A DNA stretch of 50,288 bases from an uncultured Gammaproteobacteria bacterium (GTDB taxonomy: Bacteria; Patescibacteriota; Microgenomatia; Levybacterales; UBA12049), in NCBI GenBank assembly GCA_964497535.1, contig CAZCCG010000003.1, positions 60,436-110,723 on the forward strand, given 5' to 3'. This document shows positions 10,075 to 18,874 of this stretch, in pieces. Under the pieces are notes generated by a model. That model saw only the letters and a program-made list of their open reading frames with translations. It did no database searches and was not told the origin of the DNA. Position 1 is the stretch's first letter. The number at the start of each line of letters is the position of its first letter. Both the position numbers and the translations under genes were made by a program.

Positions 10075-11919
10075 ATGAATGACATTGAAAAGCTTGAGAA
10101 GTATATTCGATATCTTTGCCTAGTCTCTACTACCGCTGCAAATTCAGGTCATCCAACCTCTTCACTTTCCGCTACAGATCTAATGACAGTACTTATGTTT
10201 GGGGGGTTCTTCAAATTCGATCTTGATAAGCCTACTTTACCCAATAATGACCGGCTCATTTTTTCCAAAGGCCATGCATCTCCTTTGTTTTATTCTCTCT
10301 ATGCAGCAGCAGGGAAGGTAACGGAAGAAGAGATGATGACGCTTCGAAAAATTGATTCCCGTCTGGAAGGCCATCCCACCATGCAATTTCCTTATACCGA
10401 AGCTGCTACCGGATCACTTGGGCAAGGGCTATCAGTAGGATTGGGAATGGCTTTAAATTCTAAATATGTTGATACGGTTCCATATAATACCTTTGTCCTT
10501 TTGGGTGATAGTGAAATGGCAGAAGGTTCGGTCTGGGAAGCTTTGCAGCTGGCAGTTCATTACAAGCTCAATAATCTAATCGGAATTCTGGATGTAAATA
10601 GATTGGGTCAACGGGGAGAAACGATGTATGGTCATGACACAGAGGCATATGAAAAAAGAATCGTAGCTTTTGGGTGGAATGTTATAGTCATTGACGGGCA
10701 TAACAACGATCAGATTAAGCAGGCATACGAATATGCTTTGAAACCTTCAGATACCCCCACAATGATTATCGCAAAAACGATCAAAGGCAAAGGAGTAACA
10801 CTTCTTGAAGATAAAGATGGATGGCATGGGAAAGCACTTTCACCTGATCAGCTCAAACAAGCATTGGTTGAAATGGGAGAAGTGGAAAAAAATGTACAAG
10901 GAACGATAGAAAAGCCAAATGAAGTCAAAAGTCAAAAGTTAAAAGTCAAAAATACAATCCAAAATGCAAAATTAAATGAGATTAATTATCCAAAAGGGAC
11001 AGATGTTCCGACTCGATTGGCCTATGGGAATGCGCTTGCCCGGATTTTTCCCCAGTTTCCAAACATTGTTGTACTGGATGCAGAGACAAGTAATTCAACC
11101 TATGCTGAAATATTCCAAAAAGCATATCCGGATCGTTTTTTTGAAATGTATATTGCCGAACAGAATATGGTAGGTACGGCAATTGGCCTATCCCGTCGAG
11201 ACAAGATACCATTTGTTTCCACCTTTGCAGCTTTTTTCTCTCGGGCTTTTGACCAAATTCGTATGAGTCAATATTCAGATGGGAATATTAAATTTGTCGG
11301 ATCGCATGCCGGGGTATCGATTGGAGAAGATGGCGCGTCACAAATGGGGGTGGAGGATATTGCTATGTTTCGTACTCTTTTGGGTAGTGTAGTTTTATAT
11401 CCATCAGATCCTATTGCTACAGAAAAATTGGTAGAAGCAGCAGCACAGCATACCGGTAATGTTTATATCAGAACAACGCGTGCAAAAACACCGGTTTTAT
11501 ATGACTCGTCAGAAGAGTTTGTCATTGGAGGAAGTAAAGTTGTAAAACAAAGCGAGCAAGATGTTGTTACGGTAATTGGTGCGGGGATTACGCTGCATGA
11601 AGGACTCAAAGCGTATGAGCAACTTCAAAAACAAAATATCACTATCCGCGTAATTGATTTATATAGTATTAAACCGTTAGATACAAAATCATTGGAAAAA
11701 GCAGCACAACAAACAAAAGCTTTGATTGTTGTAGAAGATCATCATTCAGAAGGAGGAATCGGAGAAGCAGTACGAAGCGCATTGGTTGGGATCAAAACTC
11801 CTATTTACTCTCTTGCAGTTACAAAAATGCCGCATTCTGGGACAGAAATGGAATTACTAGAGCTTGAGGGAATATCTGCCAAAGCAATTGTTGGGAAGGT
11901 GAAAGAAATAAACAAATAG
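10075..11919 (+). CDS. tkt: Transketolase
   Basis: SGHPTSSLS, SKGHA, TGSLGQG, GDSEMAEGSVWEA, IAEQNMV, GEDGASQ. Confidence 0.96.
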   Translation: MNDIEKLEKYIRYLCLVSTTAANSGHPTSSLSATDLMTVLMFGGFFKFDLDKPTLPNNDRLIFSKGHASPLFYSLYAAAGKVTEEEMMTLRKIDSRLEGHPTMQFPYTEAATGSLGQGLSVGLGMALNSKYVDTVPYNTFVLLGDSEMAEGSVWEALQLAVHYKLNNLIGILDVNRLGQRGETMYGHDTEAYEKRIVAFGWNVIVIDGHNNDQIKQAYEYALKPSDTPTMIIAKTIKGKGVTLLEDKDGWHGKALSPDQLKQALVEMGEVEKNVQGTIEKPNEVKSQKLKVKNTIQNAKLNEINYPKGTDVPTRLAYGNALARIFPQFPNIVVLDAETSNSTYAEIFQKAYPDRFFEMYIAEQNMVGTAIGLSRRDKIPFVSTFAAFFSRAFDQIRMSQYSDGNIKFVGSHAGVSIGEDGASQMGVEDIAMFRTLLGSVVLYPSDPIATEKLVEAAAQHTGNVYIRTTRAKTPVLYDSSEEFVIGGSKVVKQSEQDVVTVIGAGITLHEGLKAYEQLQKQNITIRVIDLYSIKPLDTKSLEKAAQQTKALIVVEDHHSEGGIGEAVRSALVGIKTPIYSLAVTKMPHSGTEMELLELEGISAKAIVGKVKEINK

Positions 11920-11992
11920 ATATTAAGAGACTAAGATATTAAGAAAATCCTTATTCCACTTAATATCTTTATATCTCAATATCCTAGTATCT
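11919..11992 (+). repeat. 8-nt-period imperfect hairpin between tkt and gnd
   Basis: GATATTAA GAGACTAA GATATTAAG ... CTTAATATC TTTATATC TCAATATC CTAGTATC. Confidence 0.7.
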
Positions 11993-12002
11993 TTTATACT
12001 CT

Positions 12003-12914
12003 ATGCAAATTGGTTACGTTGGTTTGGGAAAAATGGGGAAGAATATGGTTCTGCAGCTACTTGAAAAAGGAGTTGCTGTTGTTGCGTGGAACAGATCAGT
12101 AGAACCCAGAAATGAAGTCTCAAAAAAAGGTGCTAAGTCGGTAGAAACTCTTGAAGAACTGGTCCAAAAACTAAAAGCACCTCGTATCATTTGGCTTATG
12201 GTAACGGCAGGAGAAGCAGTAGATCAGGCACTCGCACAGTTGATGCCATTTTTATCTCCAGGAGACATGGTAATAGATGGGGGAAATTCTTTTTATAAAG
12301 ATACCCTCAGGCGGGGTGCGTCATTACAAAAAAAAGGAATTCGTTTTATGGATGTGGGTGTTTCGGGAGGTCCGGGAGGGGCATTGACTGGAGCTTGTTT
12401 GATGATTGGAGGGGACAGAGCAGATTATGAGCTGTTGAAACCTTTATTTCAAACTGTAGCAGCACCGCAGGCATATGGGTATTTTGGAAAATTAGGTTCG
12501 GGGCATTTTGCAAAAATGGTTCATAACGGTATTGAATATGGCATGATGGAAGCAATCGCAGAGGGTGCCGCGGTACTGAAATATAGCGGTTTGGATTTGG
12601 ATATGGCAGAAGTATTTCGTGTATATAACAACCGTTCGGTTATCGAATCCCGTTTGGTTGACTGGGCACAACAAGCATTTGTAGAAGATCCTAATTTGTC
12701 TGATATATCTTCCAAAATTCATGCATCAGGGGAAGGTGAATGGACTGTCAAGACAGCACAGGATTTGAAAATTCCAGTCCCGATTATTGAGGGGTCATTA
12801 CAGGTGCGTTTTGATTCCGACCATGTTGTTTTGGGCTCACCTGAGGAATATCGTAATAAAGTAGTATCAGCACTGCGGGGTAAATTCGGTCACCATCCGG
12901 TAAAAAAAGAGTAA
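12003..12914 (+). CDS. gnd: 6-phosphogluconate dehydrogenase, decarboxylating (short type)
   Basis: GLGKMG, IDGGNS, DVGVSGG, GHFAKMVHNGIEYG, SGEGEWT, FGHH. Confidence 0.95.
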   Translation: MQIGYVGLGKMGKNMVLQLLEKGVAVVAWNRSVEPRNEVSKKGAKSVETLEELVQKLKAPRIIWLMVTAGEAVDQALAQLMPFLSPGDMVIDGGNSFYKDTLRRGASLQKKGIRFMDVGVSGGPGGALTGACLMIGGDRADYELLKPLFQTVAAPQAYGYFGKLGSGHFAKMVHNGIEYGMMEAIAEGAAVLKYSGLDLDMAEVFRVYNNRSVIESRLVDWAQQAFVEDPNLSDISSKIHASGEGEWTVKTAQDLKIPVPIIEGSLQVRFDSDHVVLGSPEEYRNKVVSALRGKFGHHPVKKE

Positions 12915-12924
12915 AGCGAACTGT

Positions 12925-13545
12925 ATGAAGTTTCGAAATAGAATTGATGCCGGCCAAAAACTTGCGAGAAAACTGTTACATTATAAAAATTCCCAACCGA
13001 TTATTATTGCGTTACCTCGTGGTGGGGTACCTGTTGCACATGAGGTTGCCAGAAAACTCCATGCTCCTTTGAAAATTCTTGTTGTTCGCAAACTGGGTGC
13101 TCCTGATAATGAAGAATATGGTATCGGAGCAATTAGTTCTACTGTTCGTTTTTTAGATCAATCAACAATTCGTCATTTAAAAGTATCAAATGAATATATT
13201 TCTGAAGTGACAGATCAGGAACTAAAAGAACTCGCTCGTCGGGAGCAAGAGTATGATCATATTGTCGAACCGGAACTGGTTGCAAGCAAAACAGCGATTG
13301 TGATTGATGATGGATTGGCCACTGGTGTTACTGCCAAAGCAGCATTACTATCTATAAAAGCGATGCATCCTAAGCAGTTAATTTTTGCCACTCCGGTATG
13401 TATTGACAGCTCATTTGAGGAAATCAGAAAAGGAATTGATGAGTTTGTTTGTCTATCTCATACGGGCAATACATCTGTTGCCAGTAACTATGATGAGTTT
13501 CCTCCGGTATCTGATACTGAGGTATCTCACATTTTAGAGAACTAA
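12925..13545 (+). CDS. Phosphoribosyltransferase family protein
   Basis: FRNRIDAG, ALPRGGVPVA, VRKLGAP, VIDDGLATG. Confidence 0.9.
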   Translation: MKFRNRIDAGQKLARKLLHYKNSQPIIIALPRGGVPVAHEVARKLHAPLKILVVRKLGAPDNEEYGIGAISSTVRFLDQSTIRHLKVSNEYISEVTDQELKELARREQEYDHIVEPELVASKTAIVIDDGLATGVTAKAALLSIKAMHPKQLIFATPVCIDSSFEEIRKGIDEFVCLSHTGNTSVASNYDEFPPVSDTEVSHILEN

Positions 13546-13639
13546 ACTTTCCAAAAAATTATTTTCGTAGTGATCACTTCTCGTATGATTCTTACATATT
13601 TTTCAACAGAACTTTAAAAAAATAGGATAGAGTTGAGAT

Positions 13640-14074
13640 ATGAAAAGAATTATTCCTCTCTTACTACTCTTATTATCCTTATTCCCCACTACTGTTTTTG
13701 CGCAAACTTCCGGGAAACGGATTGTGGTCAATACCGAAAGTCAAACTTTAACAGCGTACGAAAACGGACAAGTAGTTTACCAAACTGCCGTCTCAACCGG
13801 TTTGCCTAGTCATGCAACAACTCATGGCACGTTCTCAATTTATTCCAAGCTTCCTTCCCAGGAAATGAAAGGGGGATCGGTAGAATACGGCTATTATGAT
13901 TTACCCAATGTTCCCAACGTCATGTATTTTGATGGTGGGCAGGCAATCCATGGGGCTTACTGGCACAATAACTTTGGGAGTGAGATGAGCCATGGATGTG
14001 TAAATGCGCCGCTTGCTGCCTCTGCATGGCTTTACAACTGGGCCCCCGTCGGTACTACGGTAGAAGTAAACTAG
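13640..14074 (+). CDS. L,D-transpeptidase (YkuD domain), secreted
   Basis: Signal peptide, AVSTG, AIHGAYWHNNFG..MSHGCVN. Confidence 0.93.
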   Translation: MKRIIPLLLLLLSLFPTTVFAQTSGKRIVVNTESQTLTAYENGQVVYQTAVSTGLPSHATTHGTFSIYSKLPSQEMKGGSVEYGYYDLPNVPNVMYFDGGQAIHGAYWHNNFGSEMSHGCVNAPLAASAWLYNWAPVGTTVEVN

Positions 14075-14224
14075 CTAGCAGTTAGCAGTTTGTTCATCGG
14101 TTTAAACCGAAAAACTGAAGACTGACTAATCAGAATCCGACACCTGATAACTGGGGACCAATAACTGAAACTTCTTGACTTCTTATTTTATAGGCGGTAG
14201 CATGATTTCGAAGGGAGGATATAG

Positions 14225-14566
14225 ATGGCATCTACAAAAGAATTTCATGATTATTTGCTTATGGATGTTTTCCAAAATATTGATGGTATAACCTCCAAGC
14301 GGATGTTTGGGGGATTTGGTTTTTATCTAAATGGGATTATATTTGGACTGATTATTGATGATAAGTTATATTTTAAAGTTGGAAAAGCAAATCAAAAAGA
14401 TTATGAGAATTATAATAGCAAACAATTTTTGTATCCGGTGAAGGGAAGAAAAGATTTAGTTGCGTTGCCTTATTGGGAAGTGCCGGTTGATGTATTGGAA
14501 AATAGAGAAGAGATAGAACAGTGGATTGAAAAATCAGCAGCTGTTACTGCTCAAAGACAGAAGTAA
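14225..14566 (+). CDS. TfoX/Sxy N-terminal domain protein
   Basis: KRMFGGFGFY..GIIFGLI.DDKLYFK, YWEVPVDVLE. Confidence 0.88.
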   Translation: MASTKEFHDYLLMDVFQNIDGITSKRMFGGFGFYLNGIIFGLIIDDKLYFKVGKANQKDYENYNSKQFLYPVKGRKDLVALPYWEVPVDVLENREEIEQWIEKSAAVTAQRQK

Positions 14567-14605
14567 TTTATTGACATCAAAAATAATCTATTGTATGGTT
14601 GAGGT

Positions 14606-15100
14606 ATGTTTACATTAGTATTCCTTATCTTAGGTATTATTTCAGCTCTTATCCATCTGGTTATTACTAAATCATTTCACAACACCCAAAGAAGGTTGGA
14701 AATCATTACACTCAATCTTATTGTCTGGACAATTGGAGGGACAGGATTATTAGCTGCATCAGGACATATTTTTATGGCAGAAAAAATTGCACGGGAAATC
14801 GGCTGGCCACCGGGAAGTCCCTTTCAATTTGAGGTTGGTGTATCCAATTTAGCATTTGGAGTTTTAGGCATCCTTTGTATTTGGTTTCGTAAACAATTTT
14901 GGTTGGCAACTGTTATAGCATCTGCAGTATTTTTACTCGGTGATGCCTATGGACATTTTGTCCAAATGCAGCGGGGAGATCTTGCTCCATACAATACTGG
15001 AATTTTAGTATATGTAGGCGATATATTTATTCCTCTATTAAACTTTATTTTGGCAACTATGTATTATTGGAAATACGTCCAGAATAAGAAAAAGAAATAA
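14606..15100 (+). CDS. DUF6790-like membrane protein
   Basis: Four TM segments, IGWPPGSPFQFEVG, GDAYGH. Confidence 0.7.
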   Translation: MFTLVFLILGIISALIHLVITKSFHNTQRRLEIITLNLIVWTIGGTGLLAASGHIFMAEKIAREIGWPPGSPFQFEVGVSNLAFGVLGILCIWFRKQFWLATVIASAVFLLGDAYGHFVQMQRGDLAPYNTGILVYVGDIFIPLLNFILATMYYWKYVQNKKKK

Positions 15101-15105
15101 CCTAA

Positions 15106-15186
15106 GCGTCTAGTTATGAAGCGTTTAGCGTTTAGTTCGAAAAATAGTATTAACTATACACCATACGCTTATCCAACTATGCGCTA
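15106..15186 (+). repeat. Heptamer-period hairpin of the GCGTTTA family
   Basis: GCGTCTAGTT..GCGTTTAGCGTTTAGTT / AACTATACACCATACGCT..AACTATGCGC; related to 31752 and 48456. Confidence 0.65.
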
Positions 15187-16247
15187 TGCTAGGTAAACTT
15201 TTTATCCGTAACATCTCCTATAACTCTCTCCTTGAAGTCTTTCTGGTATCCGGTGTATCAGTAATTCTCCTCCTTCGGTTCTATTTACAACTTGCTAATT
15301 ATCCTCAAATTGGAGGAAATGGGTTGCATATTGCTCACATGCTGTGGGGAGGGATGTTTATGTTGCTGGCACTATTACTTCTATTGTTTTTTTATAGCAG
15401 TATGTTACTTCGGATTGCAGCAGGTATTGCCGGTATTGGATTTGGGTTATTTATCGATGAAGTAGGGAAATTTGTAACCTCTGATAATAACTATTTTTTT
15501 CAGCCTTCGTTTGCAATTATATATGTTATTTTTATCATGGTGTATCTATTTGCAAAGTTTATAGGAAGAAGAAAGTTTTCACCCACTGAATATCTCGTTA
15601 ACAGTTTGGAGCTGGTAAAAGATATTGCCATCGGGGATTTGGATACTGAAGAAAAGAAAAAAGCACTCATGTACTTACAACAGGCGGATTTGAGAAATCC
15701 TCTTGTTAAAAATACTCATGATATTTTTGTAAAAGCCTCTATCAATCGTACAACACAGTTTTGGGTTATAAGACTTTTGAATAGTATAACCAAGGTCTAT
15801 GACTCCATTGCTTCAAAAAAATGGTTTCCAAATCTTATCAGCGCTTTTTTTGTAATTGATGCATTAGTATCAGTTGTATTTGCACTGATTTTTTCATTGG
15901 GTGTTGGATTTTTCTTTTTGAAGGGAATTTTGCCCAAAGAAGTGATTCCTCATATACTCAATGTTACTTTTTCTGATAAGGTGGAATTTTATAGTGGGCT
16001 CCTTTCTGCAATTCTGGTGGTTATTGGGGTTACTAATTTGAGAAAGTCCAGAATAAAAGCATATCAATTTTTCAAATGGTCAATTCTTGTCTCAATCTTT
16101 ATCACTCAGGTATTTTCTTTTTATGAATTGCAACTAGCAGCAATTTTCGGACTTATTTTTGATCTTTTGCTTCTTTTGACTCTTAATTTTATGATAGAAA
16201 AAGAACGTTATACTGCAATTTCTATGACTTCTTTGGGGAAGAAATAA
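15186..16247 (+). CDS. Multi-pass membrane protein of unknown function
   Basis: About 8 TM segments; HIAHMLWGG, GLFIDEVGKF. Confidence 0.8.
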   Translation: MLGKLFIRNISYNSLLEVFLVSGVSVILLLRFYLQLANYPQIGGNGLHIAHMLWGGMFMLLALLLLLFFYSSMLLRIAAGIAGIGFGLFIDEVGKFVTSDNNYFFQPSFAIIYVIFIMVYLFAKFIGRRKFSPTEYLVNSLELVKDIAIGDLDTEEKKKALMYLQQADLRNPLVKNTHDIFVKASINRTTQFWVIRLLNSITKVYDSIASKKWFPNLISAFFVIDALVSVVFALIFSLGVGFFFLKGILPKEVIPHILNVTFSDKVEFYSGLLSAILVVIGVTNLRKSRIKAYQFFKWSILVSIFITQVFSFYELQLAAIFGLIFDLLLLLTLNFMIEKERYTAISMTSLGKK

Positions 16248-16278
16248 CTAAACGTTTCTAAACTATACGCTATTACGA

Positions 16279-16743
16279 TTATGGTGTGGGAGATGGGTAA
16301 GAGGGTTGGCATGTTCCGTTGTATACCGCTTCGTCGCTACAAACTGTTCCATCTGAAAATGTACATTTGGCATTTTTTATTGCCAATGTTTGTCCTCCGA
16401 CCCACGCACAGTATTTCTGCTCAATTGTATCAAAGCCGGTGGTTCTTACTCCGCCTTTTGGACAATTCCCTCGCAACAGTGCCCATTCTTCACATGCGTA
16501 ATTATCCTGGAATTGACACAGCCCATATTGTCCACCATCACCACGAGTTTGGATCACCGTGGTTCCCCCAACTTTCTTACAGTTTACCGAGGCAGGATTA
16601 GCAAGACCGGTCTGTTGTTGAGTTGGAGATGGTGATGGGGGAACGGTTTGTTGGGCAGGTATTTGTGCAGAGTTTGATGCAATAGCACCCACGATTCCTG
16701 CGACAATGATCAGGACTAGGGGAATTACAAGTCTATGGCTCAT
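16279..16743 (-). CDS. DUF333 domain (putative hemolysin-like) secreted protein
   Basis: LANPASVNC..VGG...GLCQF...CEEWALLRG.C plus a degenerate second repeat. Confidence 0.85.
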   Translation of the reverse strand: MSHRLVIPLVLIIVAGIVGAIASNSAQIPAQQTVPPSPSPTQQQTGLANPASVNCKKVGGTTVIQTRGDGGQYGLCQFQDNYACEEWALLRGNCPKGGVRTTGFDTIEQKYCAWVGGQTLAIKNAKCTFSDGTVCSDEAVYNGTCQPSYPSPTP

Positions 16744-16826
16744 TCATATAGTATACAAGAAGAAAGAAACATTTCACAATAATCTAGTATATATACAGTT
16801 TATTGACAGTTGTAGGATGAAATAGT

Positions 16827-17441
16827 ATGGTTGAAAAGGAAATGAAAAAGTTATATTCTTCTAGCCGAGTCGAGGCATTAACCGATGGTATTTTCGGATT
16901 TGCTATGACACTTCTTGTGTTGGATTTACATGTTCCCAAGCTTGGAGCTTTAATAACCAACAACAATTTAATTCATGCTCTTACAGGACTGGATATAAAG
17001 TTTTTCAGTTTTTTACTGAGTTTTATTCTGCTTGCTTCTGCCTGGGGAGTACATCATCGTCAGTTTGACACAATTAATAAAGTTGATAATACGTTAGTAT
17101 GGCTCAATAACTTTCGGCTGATTTTTGTGGTTTTTGTACCCTTTGCGACCTCTCTTGTCAGTGAGTATCCGACATTGACTGCGGCAGTTTTTTTATTCAG
17201 CATAAATATGTTTTTTATGACTTTTATTGGATTTTTGCAGTGGAAGCATGCGGCAGGCCATAATTTGGCAGGGGATCTTACCCAGGCGGAGAAAAATGAC
17301 GGCAATGTCCGCAATCAACTTGTATTGGCTGTTGATGTATTAGCTATTGCATTGTCATTTGTAAATCCGAATTTGGCATTATGGTCATTTATGTTAATTC
17401 CGGTAGGCTTAGGTATGGTTAAATATTTCTCCAAAGAATGA
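16827..17441 (+). CDS. TMEM175 family potassium channel
   Basis: RVEALTDGIFGFAMTLLVL, W..HH, FVPF. Confidence 0.88.
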   Translation: MVEKEMKKLYSSSRVEALTDGIFGFAMTLLVLDLHVPKLGALITNNNLIHALTGLDIKFFSFLLSFILLASAWGVHHRQFDTINKVDNTLVWLNNFRLIFVVFVPFATSLVSEYPTLTAAVFLFSINMFFMTFIGFLQWKHAAGHNLAGDLTQAEKNDGNVRNQLVLAVDVLAIALSFVNPNLALWSFMLIPVGLGMVKYFSKE

Positions 17442-17496
17442 GGTAATCTAAGCTTGCAAGTTGCAGAGAATATTCTTATAATAGAACAAGCTGCCT

Positions 17497-18837
17497 ATGG
17501 TATTTGGCAAAAAAAGACTCATCGTATATCTTCAAAAAAGCTCACTTGAGTTGATTGGTCCTCACTTGGAAAGCCAGGAAAAGATTGATTTCCCCAAAGA
17601 TACCTTTCGCGACTTACAACTGAAAGACAAAAACCAATTCAGAGAGTCAATTATTATATTTCTGGCAAAAACAAGCCTTCCCAAACATAAAATTACCCTC
17701 ATTCTATCTAAAGATTTGTTATTCGAAGAAACGGTTCCTTTTACTGATCGCGATAAAGTAAAAGAACAGGCAACTGCATTTTTCAACTCCCTTCCTCTGA
17801 ATGCAGAGCAAATAGCCAATGAAATGCTTGCAAACGATAAGGAAGTTTATTTATATGCTACCAATCGTGAGATTTATAGTATTATTATTGACGCATTTTC
17901 TTCCATCGGTTGGGATGTAGATACGGTTATTCCGGTAACTCTTCTTGAGGTAAAAGAACAAACAATAACGCGAGAATTAGCCCAGAAGATTCTCAAAGAT
18001 AAATCTCTCATAAAAACCGGGGATTTGCTGGTAAAAAATCAACCGCTTGCAATTGTAGCGCCACCGATAGATCCTAAGGCAGAAAAGGGAGCGGATACAG
18101 AGGAATCTGATCGGCATCCGTTATTGCAGGAAGAGGTTGAAGAAGAGAAGACTATAGAAAAAAAGCCTGAAAAAGAAGAAAAGAAGTCTAAGGCCCCGGA
18201 AGTAAAAGAAGAAAAACCACAGAAAGAACAAGAAAAACTTGAAGAAAAGGAAGCATCTCATGTTTCAGCAGGACAAAAAGGAGAAGAAGAGGTTAAAAAG
18301 GCTGAGGGAGACTATTTTATTAAGTCAGATAGCTTTGAGATTAAAAATGAGAAGAAAGGATTTCCAAAACAATATTTGTTTTATGCATTCCTGATATTTC
18401 TTGTTGTAGTAGGAGCAGTAGGAGGGTGGCAGATTTATTCCAGAATCCAACTACGGTCCTCAATTGAAAAAGATCTAAATACCGTGGATGTTGCCAAAAA
18501 AGCAAAGGTTACCCCAACGCAAATACCGACTCCAACCGTGGTTGGGAAACCAAAAGAGAACCTGAAGGTGGAAATTCAAAATGGAACCGGAACTCCCGGT
18601 CAGGCAAAAAAAGTTCAGGGTATCGTATCAGATCTGGGATACAAACAAATTGAAGCAAAAAATGCCGAGAGTACCGATAATGCGGATACCATTGTTTCTT
18701 TCTCACCAAATATTTCTTCATCGGACAAACAAGAGCTTCTTGCTACACTCAAAAAGACATTCAAAAAAGTTGTCTCGAAAGATTTACCTGAAAGCAGTAC
18801 TTCAGATATCCTCATCGTCACCGGAGCAGAACTCTAA
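17497..18837 (+). CDS. Membrane protein with C-terminal LytR_C domain and Glu/Lys-rich linker
   Basis: VEIQNGTGTPGQAKKV...DILIVTG after a single TM. Confidence 0.78.
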   Translation: MVFGKKRLIVYLQKSSLELIGPHLESQEKIDFPKDTFRDLQLKDKNQFRESIIIFLAKTSLPKHKITLILSKDLLFEETVPFTDRDKVKEQATAFFNSLPLNAEQIANEMLANDKEVYLYATNREIYSIIIDAFSSIGWDVDTVIPVTLLEVKEQTITRELAQKILKDKSLIKTGDLLVKNQPLAIVAPPIDPKAEKGADTEESDRHPLLQEEVEEEKTIEKKPEKEEKKSKAPEVKEEKPQKEQEKLEEKEASHVSAGQKGEEEVKKAEGDYFIKSDSFEIKNEKKGFPKQYLFYAFLIFLVVVGAVGGWQIYSRIQLRSSIEKDLNTVDVAKKAKVTPTQIPTPTVVGKPKENLKVEIQNGTGTPGQAKKVQGIVSDLGYKQIEAKNAESTDNADTIVSFSPNISSSDKQELLATLKKTFKKVVSKDLPESSTSDILIVTGAEL

Positions 18838-18874
18838 ACCTCTTATTAATACGGTTAATCGTTAAGTTATAAAC

